Source: an uncultured Gammaproteobacteria bacterium
GTDB lineage: Bacteria; Pseudomonadota; Gammaproteobacteria; Pseudomonadales; Cellvibrionaceae
Reading direction: 5' to 3'
DNA: 64,000 nt
Assembly: GCA_966096785.1 (NCBI GenBank)
Contig: CBHTVU010000001.1
Span: 8,850 to 72,849, forward strand
Part shown: piece after piece, positions 20,771-30,655 of the stretch
Layout of the letters: each line of letters opens with the position of its first letter
How positions within the stretch are numbered: position 1 is the stretch's first letter
Made by a program: the position numbers and the translations under genes
Notes under the pieces: model-generated
Told to the model about the DNA's origin: nothing
What the model saw: the letters and a program-made list of their open reading frames with translations, nothing else
The model's database searches: none

Positions 20771-22387
20771 TTATTTATTTGCTTCAGTAAATGGTAGCCC
20801 TAATGGCTGGGTCGTTATTTGACGCCAAGCTTTTACTTTCTTTTCACGTCTATCAATATCCCGTTGCATCTCTACTTCCTCGCTAACCTTAAATTTATTA
20901 TTCTCATAGCCGATCTTTTTAAGAAGCTCTTTTATGCGGGGATAGCCAATACCGTTTGCTTCACCGATCTGGTATATAAACTTACCAATGTCTGATTCCT
21001 TTATAACTTCTGTAGATACTGGCTTCCGACCATACATATCTAACTTACCCTCCTTCTCAACTGTCAGCTCCCTTGTATCTGGATTGTAATATATTCCCCT
21101 ATAGTTAAAGTTCTGGCCACGGCCAGCCTTAAGACCTCCTTTAGGGAATACAGTTGTTACATCAATCAAAGGGCTATTTGGTATTGTATTCTGTAAATAG
21201 TCAGGGTTACCACTAAATATTTCACCAATGGTTTCAATGGGGTTTGTTTTGAGGGGCTTATGTTGATCCCTTACCTCTGCTTTTATTTCTGTGATCTCAC
21301 GTAAATTTTCCTTGTATTGCGGCGTGCTTTGAACGTTTAAACTAATCATTTGCGGACTCGGCTTATTGTTGATAATCTTTTCACCTATTTTCCCATAGTT
21401 TCGTTGTGGTCGGTTTAGTTCTCTGTACGCCAAAGCCTGTTCCACCAACTGAGCCTGTTGGCTATTAGGTGATATCTTCTTGCCAGTTGCAGATTCGTAG
21501 TTATTAAGTTCGGTTTTTAGCTTGCCGCGAAGATCCGCACGCAAGTCATCTGATAGCCCCTCAAATATTGATTTATCTAGGAGCCTCACTTGCTCCCGTA
21601 CCGGCTTGCCAGCTTCATCTGTAAACGTATGCATCAAAGGCTGGCCACCATCATAAGCCAATGTGTATTTGGGCACAAAGCCTTTAATTTTCTTGCCGTC
21701 CCATTCTGGTTGCATATATTCCTGGTAAGTCACATTAACGTCAACCTTATCTTTAGTGCCAAACCTATCATAATCTTCAACGCTGTGTGTCTCTGTTTTT
21801 GTTTTAGCCTTATTGGCAAAGTCTTCCCACCCTCGCACAGATGTAACTGCCTCGGGGCGATCTTTGATTGCTTGGCTTACCCAGTTCACAGACGGGTCTG
21901 CCTGATCTGGATCAAGTTGTAGCTGACCATTTGCATCAGGTTTATAAAATGCACTTTTTAGCGCCTCTTCACGGAGCTTAGCAAAGTCATAACCAGTATA
22001 GCCGGAGTCTTTAAGCTTTGCAATCTGATCATCAACCTGTTTATTTATATTCTTCGCATTGGTGGAATATGTACTTAGCTTATTGACCATAGGCCCAAGT
22101 GCCATCATCAGCATTGGTGAGTCTGCACCGGCTGCAACCAATCTTGCGCCTTGTTGCAATGCCTCATGGATACCTTGATTTATAAGGGGGTCAAGCTGTG
22201 TTCCTGACAAATAATCTTTAGGGTCCAGGTAGTTTTGCAGAAATGTACCCGCAGCGTTACGCTTAGCCTGCTGTTGTAGCGCCAATTGATCAGCTTTTAG
22301 CTGGCGCTTTTCCATTTGATCAGCAGCGTGATATAAGCCCGCCCATTGATTTGGTTCGCCTACGAATCCCTGTAAGTTTAAAGGCAT
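20771..22387 (-). CDS. virion-associated protein
   Basis: 538-aa ORF lying between internal-protein-like genes. No motif recognised. Confidence 0.4.
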   Translation of the reverse strand: MPLNLQGFVGEPNQWAGLYHAADQMEKRQLKADQLALQQQAKRNAAGTFLQNYLDPKDYLSGTQLDPLINQGIHEALQQGARLVAAGADSPMLMMALGPMVNKLSTYSTNAKNINKQVDDQIAKLKDSGYTGYDFAKLREEALKSAFYKPDANGQLQLDPDQADPSVNWVSQAIKDRPEAVTSVRGWEDFANKAKTKTETHSVEDYDRFGTKDKVDVNVTYQEYMQPEWDGKKIKGFVPKYTLAYDGGQPLMHTFTDEAGKPVREQVRLLDKSIFEGLSDDLRADLRGKLKTELNNYESATGKKISPNSQQAQLVEQALAYRELNRPQRNYGKIGEKIINNKPSPQMISLNVQSTPQYKENLREITEIKAEVRDQHKPLKTNPIETIGEIFSGNPDYLQNTIPNSPLIDVTTVFPKGGLKAGRGQNFNYRGIYYNPDTRELTVEKEGKLDMYGRKPVSTEVIKESDIGKFIYQIGEANGIGYPRIKELLKKIGYENNKFKVSEEVEMQRDIDRREKKVKAWRQITTQPLGLPFTEANK

Positions 22388-22399
22388 CTTGTAAATGTT

Positions 22400-23086
22400 T
22401 TATCTATAGCTTGCAAGCGGCATTGTAAATGGCCGCGCCTGTAAATTATTCTCATAATTAAACCTTGGGTCATATGGATAATTAGGGACCCCGCCGGCTC
22501 CAGCCCTGTTCCCACCACCACCAAATAAAGCCTCACTGCCGCCCGCAAGGCCAAGATTCATGGCACCAAACCCAAGATTACTTATGCTGCTCCAGGTGTT
22601 TTGACGATTCGCATTTTGCGCACCGCGTATCTGGGCCATATCCTGGAACCGTCGCACGCTGTCCTGGAATACTTTATCATCCTCATTGATCTGCGTTGCT
22701 TGCGCATTTGTTAGATTACCATAACGGCGCTGGTAATCCTGGGCTTCCTGGGTAGCCAAATTGCCAAACGCTTGGTTGGTTTGACCTTGGCCGGCAGCAG
22801 CCAATGCTAATGCCTGGGATGCATCGGTGGCATTACGATTGATTTGGCCAAATGTATTGGCTTGGTTTTGATAGATGTTACGTTCAGCCGCAGCCGCACC
22901 TGGCATACGGGCGTTTAATAACGTTTGTGCCAGCCCAAGCTGCTGGGCTGCTAAAGGATTGGCTTTGTATTGGGGGTTCATTCCAATTAGTCTTTCCAGC
23001 TGCCTATTGGCCTTACGGTTGCCAAATAGACTACCAATGCCGCCAATTACGCCAAGGCCTAAGCCTGCTATTGCTAAAGGATTCAT
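22400..23086 (-). CDS. Gly/Ala/Gln/Asn-rich internal virion protein candidate
   Basis: 228 aa. N-terminal hydrophobic Gly-zipper (AIAGLGLGVIGGIGSLFG) followed by low-complexity Q/N/A-rich sequence. Confidence 0.4.
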   Translation of the reverse strand: MNPLAIAGLGLGVIGGIGSLFGNRKANRQLERLIGMNPQYKANPLAAQQLGLAQTLLNARMPGAAAAERNIYQNQANTFGQINRNATDASQALALAAAGQGQTNQAFGNLATQEAQDYQRRYGNLTNAQATQINEDDKVFQDSVRRFQDMAQIRGAQNANRQNTWSSISNLGFGAMNLGLAGGSEALFGGGGNRAGAGGVPNYPYDPRFNYENNLQARPFTMPLASYR

Positions 23087-23098
23087 GTTACTATGTCT

Positions 23099-23821
23099 TT
23101 ATTGTGGTACATATGCCAAAGCTGGCGACTCCATAGGCTGCGCTTTTCTACTCGCCATAGCTTTTTGAATCGCCTTTTGTATCTCAGGATGCTTTTTAAT
23201 TATCTCGTCACGAACCGACATGATCGTTTTACCATACACAGGGTTGGTCGCCATATTTAGTGGATTGGCCCTTGTAGTTGGAATACCATAATAGTATTCA
23301 GTAGTTGGCACGCCAGCTCCAGCCCCCCTGGGCATAAGCTTACCGTATCCATTGTAGGCTTGCAACGCAAAGGCTTCGCCTTTCTTATCATACCCCAACC
23401 GCTTCGCATAATCTAATTTATCTACCAAGGCTTTTACCATTGAGTTTGCCCCCTGTTCATAAGGGTTAGTAATGCCTGAATCAGGCAAGGTTGCCCAAGC
23501 ACTTCCAACGTCCTCATTAAGATTGCCCAGCTTCGTTTCCTGTAGTGCAATTGCAAGCGCAGTATTGGGGTCAACGCCTTTGTTCATTGCCTGCTTTATA
23601 ACATAATCTATCACGTCTGGATTAACTGACGCCGACATTGGCGCATCGCCTTTCCATGGTTGCCCTGTTGCCGGGTTAAACTTGCGCAAATCCTGTATTT
23701 TTAAGCGCCTTGTATCTTTGGGAACGTATAAAGGCAGCTTCCCTGCTGGTACAGGATCTTCGGCATTAAGGCCATCCAGCCCAGAGGCCATGCCAAGGCC
23801 TTTAAATAATGCTGAATTCAT
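23099..23821 (-). CDS. lytic transglycosylase (SLT-domain) virion-associated peptidoglycan hydrolase
   Basis: 240 aa with DPNTALAIALQETKLGN (catalytic Glu context) and ALQAYNGYG, both typical of the SLT family. Embedded in the structural module. Confidence 0.7.
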   Translation of the reverse strand: MNSALFKGLGMASGLDGLNAEDPVPAGKLPLYVPKDTRRLKIQDLRKFNPATGQPWKGDAPMSASVNPDVIDYVIKQAMNKGVDPNTALAIALQETKLGNLNEDVGSAWATLPDSGITNPYEQGANSMVKALVDKLDYAKRLGYDKKGEAFALQAYNGYGKLMPRGAGAGVPTTEYYYGIPTTRANPLNMATNPVYGKTIMSVRDEIIKKHPEIQKAIQKAMASRKAQPMESPALAYVPQ

Positions 23822-26800
23822 TGTGTAGGTATTGAATGTCCTAAACTTAATTGGTATCCAATGTTTACAAACCGCAATTCTAACGGCGTAGTGCTAACTG
23901 TAAACTCCAACATAAACCGAAATGCGTAGGTGCGCATTTTCTCCCCTGTAACTAATGCGTTTGCCTTTAAGCCGGTTGCTGTAGGTGTTAGTACATTGCG
24001 ATATATCTGGCTATATAATATGCCTTCACGATTTTCATAATCAAAGTCCTGGAGGTTACTAACCTGGGTATATGGTGATAGGCTCATGAAATACGTAAGC
24101 GTCGGCAACATATTGGCTTCAACACATATATTATTATAAACCTTAACGCGCTCTGGTTGCTGGTTACATATACCCATAATACGCGGCTTGTATTGCGTGC
24201 CATAAAATTCGCCATATGACTCTGTGCTGTTGTGCTCATAGAGCTGGCCAAACTTGAAGCTGTATAGCTTATTTTGAATTGCTACCCAGCCCTCGGGCGT
24301 CTGGCTATATGACCCAATCCAGTAATTAGGTTCGGCATTAATTTTATATACCAGCGTTTTTGCCTGACCATCATAAATATCAAACGGGTATACATAGCTT
24401 GTATATGGTGAATCGGGCAAATACCCCAATGGCGGGTTTTGTAAAACACGTGGCACAGTAATAAGCAATTCCCAGTGATGCGGGTCAACGGTAGTAAATA
24501 TAAAAGGCCGACTACCCAATGCCTCGATCTGCTCTTGCGTCATTGACATGTACTGATCACAAAACAGTTTCCAGTAACGTGTCATTTTATAATTGGAAAT
24601 AGGGAACAACCCATTTAGGCTGTATTGTACAACCTTTCCATTGAGCACATCTACCCAGTAAACATTGCCTCGGAATTGGGTAACCGATTCCGGGTTGATC
24701 GTGCCGAAAGAGCCTTTCAGATTATTAATGGTGCCAATTACTTCCAAAGATGCCGCTAAGAACTGCGATACCCCTGTATTGTCTAATACCTTAGTTTCTC
24801 CCAGATACAATGAACTGGTTTCATTAGTACACACAGCGAGCATTACATCACCTTCATCCTGTGTTTTAGAAGTAAGGATAAGCCTATTTATTTCGCCGTT
24901 CTCAAGCGGTACTGCCTTTTCATTTAAAGCTTCAAACGTTGATAACCCATTTGTAGCAGTTCCTGGGATGTAAACATTGCTGTATGATATGTTTTGAGGC
25001 TTAATGCTTTGCCCCGACTTAACTATAAAATTAACCTTTCCGCCATCATTGTCCCACCGGCTATAGAACCGATCATTAGGCGACATGGTTTCAGCGAAGT
25101 ATGTAATACTATCATAATTTCTTGTTAGCGCATAAGCATCAGGCAAAAACGTCCCTGTTAATATGCTAAACAAGCGCCCCGATGTTGCGGGATTTGATAT
25201 CTTGTACATTTCGCCCACCTCATAAAATGGCTCCTGACTTCCGGCTTGATATGGTGTATATATTTCATAAATGAGCTTGAACGAGGCGAAATCGCCTATG
25301 CCGCCCTCTGGAACGTTTACTATTATATATTTTCCGCTTTGTCCAATTACCGATAATGTATAAGCTGTATTGTCCTCTTTAATAAGATAGCACACATCGC
25401 CTTCACTGAATACATAACCAAGACCGGCCTGTGTTAAAGATGTAGTATCCAGCGCAATGCCTACTGCGCCCGATACAAATGTTGTACTGGTGAACTGGTA
25501 ATTGCCATCAGCGTCTTTTGTGGCATACTTTGCATTCGATGTTTGTTGAACAGCCTGTAAAAAAAATCTGGTTCGTAGGTTAAGCGTTCTAACGACTGAA
25601 TAATAATATGCCCACTCTGGTATTTCATTTAAGGCGTTATCATTACTTAAAGACCAGTTAATACCGTTGATGGCTGTACTTAAGGCATAATTACGCGCAG
25701 GAATTATTACCAATGTCGGATCGGCAACATTTGATCCAAAAGGTGGCGTCACTACGCCACACTTCCGCATGGCATAATCATAAAACACAATACCAAGCTT
25801 ATACTGTGTTTGGGTTTTAAAGATATCATAAGTACTAACGGACAGCCCAGTTATTGTAGTCCAATAAATTGAATAAAAGTTTTGCGCGCTTGTTAGCGAT
25901 AATGAGAATGCTGCGTTGACACTAGCAAGTGCTGCATTTAAATCAACCCCTCTATATGTTAAAGCCGCCAGCGTTACTGTTGCTGGTGGTGGTGGTATAG
26001 TTGGGTATGTTGAACAGCTACAATATTGCTCAGATGATGTAACGGCATAATAACCTGCTGGTGAAACCATATTGAGGTATACGTACCATGCGGAATATCG
26101 CTGGGGGCCAAGAAATGGCCGCGTCATATACACCTCTTCCAAATTCACGCTAACGCTGGAACCAGAAAGCGTAACGGTGTTTAGCGAATAGGTTAATGAT
26201 GTGCTTAGCGGTGCATCATATCCCTCAACATTATTGCCAAGGAAAAGGCGATTCTTAGCAATTTCTAATGTTTTAGAATAAATAGGAACGCTATCAAAGG
26301 GTTTTAATATTAAATCGCTGCTGACTGTTGGCCCAGTAATGTTGTTGTAAAAATTATAGGTTAGTTGGCCCGTGCCTGAATTCTGTGAATTTATTTCAGT
26401 TTCTTCTGCACTAATTGCCTTATCCCATGTCTTTATTACGTTAGCTGTATTTGCATAACGAACAATAAGATTAACAATTTTAACAGTATTGGGAATGCGC
26501 TCAAGCGGGTCCATTGTAACGATGATTCTATTGAAAGTATCCGTAACCTTATTCAACCGCGAGGCATTGCTGTAAGTCCCTACTACTGTTATTTCATTGT
26601 TATAATAAATATATTGATATGAAAAACTAAAGCTTTCATTGGCGATAAAGTTATTAGCGAAGCTAACATCTGTATCTTTCACTATGTTAGGCGCTAATGG
26701 TGGCGGCGGCTTAATGATAGTGATTTCAGAGAAGTCAATTGGCGCGGTATATGGCACGGCATCCGTTACATAGGATGGATCATTTAATTTTATACCTGCA

Positions 26801-27246
26801 TCAATATCGATTTTACGTGGTTCATTGGTTGTGCTGTCTGGCCAGTACAGAAGGCCATTAACGACACTGGCCGAATGTATTAAACTGTTCTTATTAAAGT
26901 TTAAACCGCCAGTAACTTGATTAGCTAACAGCACATCATAAAATGTCCCTGACTCAACGAAATAACAAATTATCTTATCCCATGGTCCATAAAGATCTTT
27001 TAGAAAGTATATAATGCGGTTGTTTTCTTGATCTACAACACTACCGATCTGTACAAATGTTACCGAAGGTAATATTGGTGATAGCAGAGTGTTACTTCCA
27101 ATCGATTCTACTGTTCCAATTACGCCGTTATCTGTTGACCCAACCCTGGCATTTTCAAGGTTTACCCACTCATTAGGCGCAATGCGGAAATCAACATCAT
27201 CGAAGTTGCCATGTCCATCCCCGTAATATTTTTTCTCGTAATTCAT
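23818..27246 (-). CDS. large tail structural protein
   Basis: 1142-aa beta-rich ORF. Its stop overlaps the SLT gene start (ATGA). Confidence 0.5.
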   Translation of the reverse strand: MNYEKKYYGDGHGNFDDVDFRIAPNEWVNLENARVGSTDNGVIGTVESIGSNTLLSPILPSVTFVQIGSVVDQENNRIIYFLKDLYGPWDKIICYFVESGTFYDVLLANQVTGGLNFNKNSLIHSASVVNGLLYWPDSTTNEPRKIDIDAGIKLNDPSYVTDAVPYTAPIDFSEITIIKPPPPLAPNIVKDTDVSFANNFIANESFSFSYQYIYYNNEITVVGTYSNASRLNKVTDTFNRIIVTMDPLERIPNTVKIVNLIVRYANTANVIKTWDKAISAEETEINSQNSGTGQLTYNFYNNITGPTVSSDLILKPFDSVPIYSKTLEIAKNRLFLGNNVEGYDAPLSTSLTYSLNTVTLSGSSVSVNLEEVYMTRPFLGPQRYSAWYVYLNMVSPAGYYAVTSSEQYCSCSTYPTIPPPPATVTLAALTYRGVDLNAALASVNAAFSLSLTSAQNFYSIYWTTITGLSVSTYDIFKTQTQYKLGIVFYDYAMRKCGVVTPPFGSNVADPTLVIIPARNYALSTAINGINWSLSNDNALNEIPEWAYYYSVVRTLNLRTRFFLQAVQQTSNAKYATKDADGNYQFTSTTFVSGAVGIALDTTSLTQAGLGYVFSEGDVCYLIKEDNTAYTLSVIGQSGKYIIVNVPEGGIGDFASFKLIYEIYTPYQAGSQEPFYEVGEMYKISNPATSGRLFSILTGTFLPDAYALTRNYDSITYFAETMSPNDRFYSRWDNDGGKVNFIVKSGQSIKPQNISYSNVYIPGTATNGLSTFEALNEKAVPLENGEINRLILTSKTQDEGDVMLAVCTNETSSLYLGETKVLDNTGVSQFLAASLEVIGTINNLKGSFGTINPESVTQFRGNVYWVDVLNGKVVQYSLNGLFPISNYKMTRYWKLFCDQYMSMTQEQIEALGSRPFIFTTVDPHHWELLITVPRVLQNPPLGYLPDSPYTSYVYPFDIYDGQAKTLVYKINAEPNYWIGSYSQTPEGWVAIQNKLYSFKFGQLYEHNSTESYGEFYGTQYKPRIMGICNQQPERVKVYNNICVEANMLPTLTYFMSLSPYTQVSNLQDFDYENREGILYSQIYRNVLTPTATGLKANALVTGEKMRTYAFRFMLEFTVSTTPLELRFVNIGYQLSLGHSIPTQ

Positions 27247-27276
27247 TTAATTAAGTATCTTGCTTCCTTCATAAGT

Positions 27277-27323
27277 GTGACCTCATTTGTGAGGTCACAG
27301 CGCCCGACCCTTTTGGGTTGGGC
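27277..27323. other. tandem hairpins between tail genes (possible leaky terminator or RNA-stability element)
   Basis: GTGACCTCA-TTTG-TGAGGTCAC (27277-27298) and GCCCGACCC-TTTT-GGGTTGGGC (27302-27323). Neither has a clear U-tract on either strand. Confidence 0.4.
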
Positions 27324-27328
27324 TTATT

Positions 27329-28075
27329 CTATTCCTTAATGGCCGCTGTATAGTTTCTATATATAATTTGTCGTAGGTCATATAGGGTTAACTCACTCAT
27401 CCGTGCCCGTAACAGCCGGCGCTGGTTTAAGTAATTTCTGGATTCTGGCGATACATCACTATCAGCGTTTACACTACGTTTCCAGTTAATATAAGCCTCT
27501 ATTGTGCTCCATGCATACTGTTCAACTTGTGTGGCATTGTCAGAGGTCTGGCCATCACTGATATACTCAAGAACGTAAGTGCAGTCGCGTGAGGATTCTA
27601 AGAACTGTATTTGATTACGCTCCTTTAGTATTTTAAAGCCATCAGGTACAATTCCAGTATTGTAACCATATAGGCGCCCAAGATTCTCCCCCAAGTCATC
27701 AATGTTTTGAAACATCCAGTAACCCGGCCAAAAGGGGAAATCCAGATTAAACGTACCAGGGTCCTGGTAGGTAGTTATCTGGCCCTGGTTGTTATATGCA
27801 TGTAGCCGGTTGATACTATCTCGCTGCGTAATAGGCTGCACGAACTGACCCATTTTAATACCAACCTTGGTCCAGTCGAGGTAGTCACATGGAAGATCGG
27901 CAGCATAGTAATCGTTAAGCTCAAGCTCTACAGTGTTTATTATCTTCAGGCTATCAAATGTCAGTTCTCGTAGGCAGGTGGAAGCATGCACCATGTATTC
28001 TATATAATAGTGTAATGGCATCCGCTTAGCCAGCAGATTACGACGTACTATTTTATCGAGTGTTGTGTATTTCAT
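27329..28075 (-). CDS. tail/adaptor-region structural protein
   Basis: 248-aa ORF, coupled to the upstream ORF by a 4-nt overlap. Confidence 0.45.
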   Translation of the reverse strand: MKYTTLDKIVRRNLLAKRMPLHYYIEYMVHASTCLRELTFDSLKIINTVELELNDYYAADLPCDYLDWTKVGIKMGQFVQPITQRDSINRLHAYNNQGQITTYQDPGTFNLDFPFWPGYWMFQNIDDLGENLGRLYGYNTGIVPDGFKILKERNQIQFLESSRDCTYVLEYISDGQTSDNATQVEQYAWSTIEAYINWKRSVNADSDVSPESRNYLNQRRLLRARMSELTLYDLRQIIYRNYTAAIKE

Positions 28076-28740
28076 GATTGCATTTGCTGATTAATAGCCA
28101 CCCCCCTTTGCTCTTTAACTCCGCTGTCAACCAGCTTATCAGAAATAGGCTCAGTTGTAAACAGCTTGTAAACCTCCTGTATAACATCCCACTCCATATC
28201 TGAGGGAATGGGCAGTATATCATAATCGCTGTACTGACTTATATCCAACACCACCAACCGCATTGTGACTGTTATTGGGTCGGGTTGGGTAAGATCTGTG
28301 GTATAGACAATATCCATCCCATACCATTCATAGCCAACCTGCCCGAGCAGATCATTAAGTAAGGGTTGAGACTTTAGAAGACCCAGCTGGCCCATCTCCA
28401 GGGGAATGAATGGACAATCAGGGTTCGCTGGGTCAAAGATTTGATATACGCCTATGCCTCTAGGTAATTTAAGCGGCATGGCCGGCAGCGTTGATTTGCT
28501 GCGCGTTCCATACTGCACAATAGGAATATCTTCATACGTCGCTACACTGGCGCCGTTTGGTATCATTTCAAACGATGGGATATTCAGGTTTAAATATTCC
28601 ATCTTTAGCAGCTTGTTAAGCACCTGCTCAACCGCTATTTTCACCTCCGGTATTTTCACTTTGGCAGCTGCCGGAATATTACCACCGTTTAACAGTCGCA
28701 CTACTTGCTCTGCAATTCGATATTTTGTTGTTGTTGCCAT
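28072..28740 (-). CDS. structural protein
   Basis: 222-aa ORF, translationally coupled on both sides. Confidence 0.45.
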   Translation of the reverse strand: MATTTKYRIAEQVVRLLNGGNIPAAAKVKIPEVKIAVEQVLNKLLKMEYLNLNIPSFEMIPNGASVATYEDIPIVQYGTRSKSTLPAMPLKLPRGIGVYQIFDPANPDCPFIPLEMGQLGLLKSQPLLNDLLGQVGYEWYGMDIVYTTDLTQPDPITVTMRLVVLDISQYSDYDILPIPSDMEWDVIQEVYKLFTTEPISDKLVDSGVKEQRGVAINQQMQS

Positions 28741-29408
28741 TATGCTTTAGGTACAGCAGTTAGATTTTGCTGTGATTTCATTTCGCTCCATTGGATAATG
28801 TCAGGCTCTGATAGGTTTATTCCCAGGCCGTTAAGTGCTATTAAGATTATGCTTAATATGTCCTTGTCGTTCCATTGAAGCTGTACGCTTGTAAGGGGGT
28901 CGTAAACGATGACACGCCCGCTCATAAGCGTATAGCCAAATACAGGCGTCCTGGGAACTGCGAGGTATACCATTGTGCCCGCGTGCTGGACCTTTGGATA
29001 CAGTTGCCACGTGTCATTATCGACCCGAACAACAACCGGTGTAAACTCGCTCGGCGCGTCGATCTGGCTATTGAGCCTATAGGCAAGTTCGTCGTCTGCA
29101 ATCACCTCTACAGGACGTGTTCGGGTAACGTTTAAGTCATCAACTACTGTAGTTGTGATTGCCAGCATGTCCTGGTAATCTTCTGGGTTTGTAATGACAC
29201 CTGTTGCGTGCGAGAATGTAAGTGCAGCCTTGAACGGTGCCAAGGCGTCATCAAGCCGCTGGCTTGTTTGGTATTTTGTATAGTATGTATTAAACAGGGT
29301 ACGCTGCCCCCGGTCAACAATCATAGTTAACTCTTCGGGCGTGTACCAGCCGCCTTGGGCCTTATTTATATAGAAATTTAAAAGCTCGTATATCTCGTTT
29401 AGGTCCAT
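28740..29408 (-). CDS. structural protein (first gene after promoter copy 3)
   Basis: 222-aa ORF. Its ATG lies 6 nt after the TAGTTTAG box. Confidence 0.45.
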   Translation of the reverse strand: MDLNEIYELLNFYINKAQGGWYTPEELTMIVDRGQRTLFNTYYTKYQTSQRLDDALAPFKAALTFSHATGVITNPEDYQDMLAITTTVVDDLNVTRTRPVEVIADDELAYRLNSQIDAPSEFTPVVVRVDNDTWQLYPKVQHAGTMVYLAVPRTPVFGYTLMSGRVIVYDPLTSVQLQWNDKDILSIILIALNGLGINLSEPDIIQWSEMKSQQNLTAVPKA

Positions 29409-29414
29409 GAAGGC

Positions 29415-29464
29415 CTAAACTATAGGTAATCAGTGAGATGTTGCCAAAAAGCGGATTGACTTTA
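29415..29464 (-). promoter_or_regulatory. conserved late-type promoter element, copy 3
   Basis: Minus strand: TAAAGTCAATCCGCTTTTTGG-N21-TAGTTTAG, then GCCTTC-ATG. Shares the 13-bp CCTATAGTTTAGG with copy 2. Confidence 0.6.
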
Positions 29465-30100
29465 TCCCTCCTTAGCCAATACATACTGTTCTTTAATTAT
29501 ATAAAACTTTTCCAGGTTAAGCTGGTATTGCATGACCGTTTGCGGATTTATGTAAACTGTATCACCAACGTAAATGGGCAGGCTGCTATTGACTGCCCGG
29601 ACTACTGCCCTGTCCTTAATAACAATATTATTATAATTGTCAGGCCTGATAATCCGACTGGTAAAATCGGCCCGCTTTTCAGTGATCGGGTCAAGCATCA
29701 CATAACCATTTATCATTTGGTACTGCCCATCCTTAATTATGGCAAATACCTGGAGTATGTCACATAGCCACAACTCTTCATACTGTTCAAGTTGTTCGTT
29801 GTAAACAAACAGCAGGTTTTTATATACAGGCGTATCTCTGTCCGGCTGATCACGGTAAGCAAACACCACGTCATATCGTATTAGGATTTCATCACCAGGT
29901 TCAACGCAAATGCTATAGCCTTTATAATCTTGTCGGTTTATAACGCCTGGGGCAACCGAAATTACTCGGGCCTTTAACATCGCATATTCCTCTGGTTGCC
30001 AAGTGGGATCGAAGTAAATTGTCTGGCCAGATTCAAACGTGCGAGAATCATACAGCTTCTTATCTAGTGATACAATCAATTTATTTATTGGTGTGTGCAT
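29462..30100 (-). CDS. hypothetical protein with two GroES-fold-like halves
   Basis: 212 aa. Both halves follow the Cpn10 pattern: LIVSLDKK...ESGQTIYF...ARVISVAPGV...VEPGDEILI, and YVMLDPITEK...RIIRPD...AVVRAVNSS...YVGDTVYI. Judged by eye only. Confidence 0.35.
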   Translation of the reverse strand: MHTPINKLIVSLDKKLYDSRTFESGQTIYFDPTWQPEEYAMLKARVISVAPGVINRQDYKGYSICVEPGDEILIRYDVVFAYRDQPDRDTPVYKNLLFVYNEQLEQYEELWLCDILQVFAIIKDGQYQMINGYVMLDPITEKRADFTSRIIRPDNYNNIVIKDRAVVRAVNSSLPIYVGDTVYINPQTVMQYQLNLEKFYIIKEQYVLAKEG

Positions 30101-30155
30101 ATAAAAAATCTACAAATAATTTTTTTAATTAAACAAAGTCCCTTAGATTTTTAAT

Positions 30156-30383
30156 ATGGTCATGCTCTTATTAATTGCGGTCTACCTTCTGGGTTATGTT
30201 TGCGCCTATTTATCATATAGGTCCCTTATAAAATCCAAACATAGCCGTGACTGGCTTTTAATAGAGAAGATTGTAGTTATTGCCCTAAGCCTGTTTAGCT
30301 GGCCAGGGCTACTAACATTTGCCTTTATAATTATTGCAGGTTTCACATTTCGTATTGATTTAGACAAACAATGTAAATGGTAA
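30156..30383 (+). CDS. small two-TM membrane protein
   Basis: 75 aa, two hydrophobic helices. Overlaps the GroES-like gene start by 7 nt. Confidence 0.45.
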   Translation: MVMLLLIAVYLLGYVCAYLSYRSLIKSKHSRDWLLIEKIVVIALSLFSWPGLLTFAFIIIAGFTFRIDLDKQCKW

Positions 30384-30655
30384 ACATTATACCACTGGGC
30401 CATCGTGTGCTCGTAAAACCCATTTTGCGCAAAGAGAAGCAAAGCGGTGGACTGATAATACCAGCCAGCGTTAATAAGGAATTAGAAGAGGCTGAAGTTA
30501 TAAAGACCGGCGATGCTGTCATAAACGTTAAGGTTGGCGATAAGATATTGTATCATTCGCGCATTGGCACGCCATTGCTGATCGAGGACATAACCTATAA
30601 GTTTCTCAATGGGCCTTCTGCCACAGATACCGGTGAAATAATTGCCATCATATGA
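30377..30655 (+). CDS. groES: co-chaperonin GroES (Cpn10) homologue
   Basis: 92 aa. IIPLGHRVLVKP...KQSGGLIIPAS...AEVIKTGD...VKVGDKILY...GEIIAII aligns along its full length with the bacterial GroES pattern. Confidence 0.85.
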   Translation: MVNIIPLGHRVLVKPILRKEKQSGGLIIPASVNKELEEAEVIKTGDAVINVKVGDKILYHSRIGTPLLIEDITYKFLNGPSATDTGEIIAII

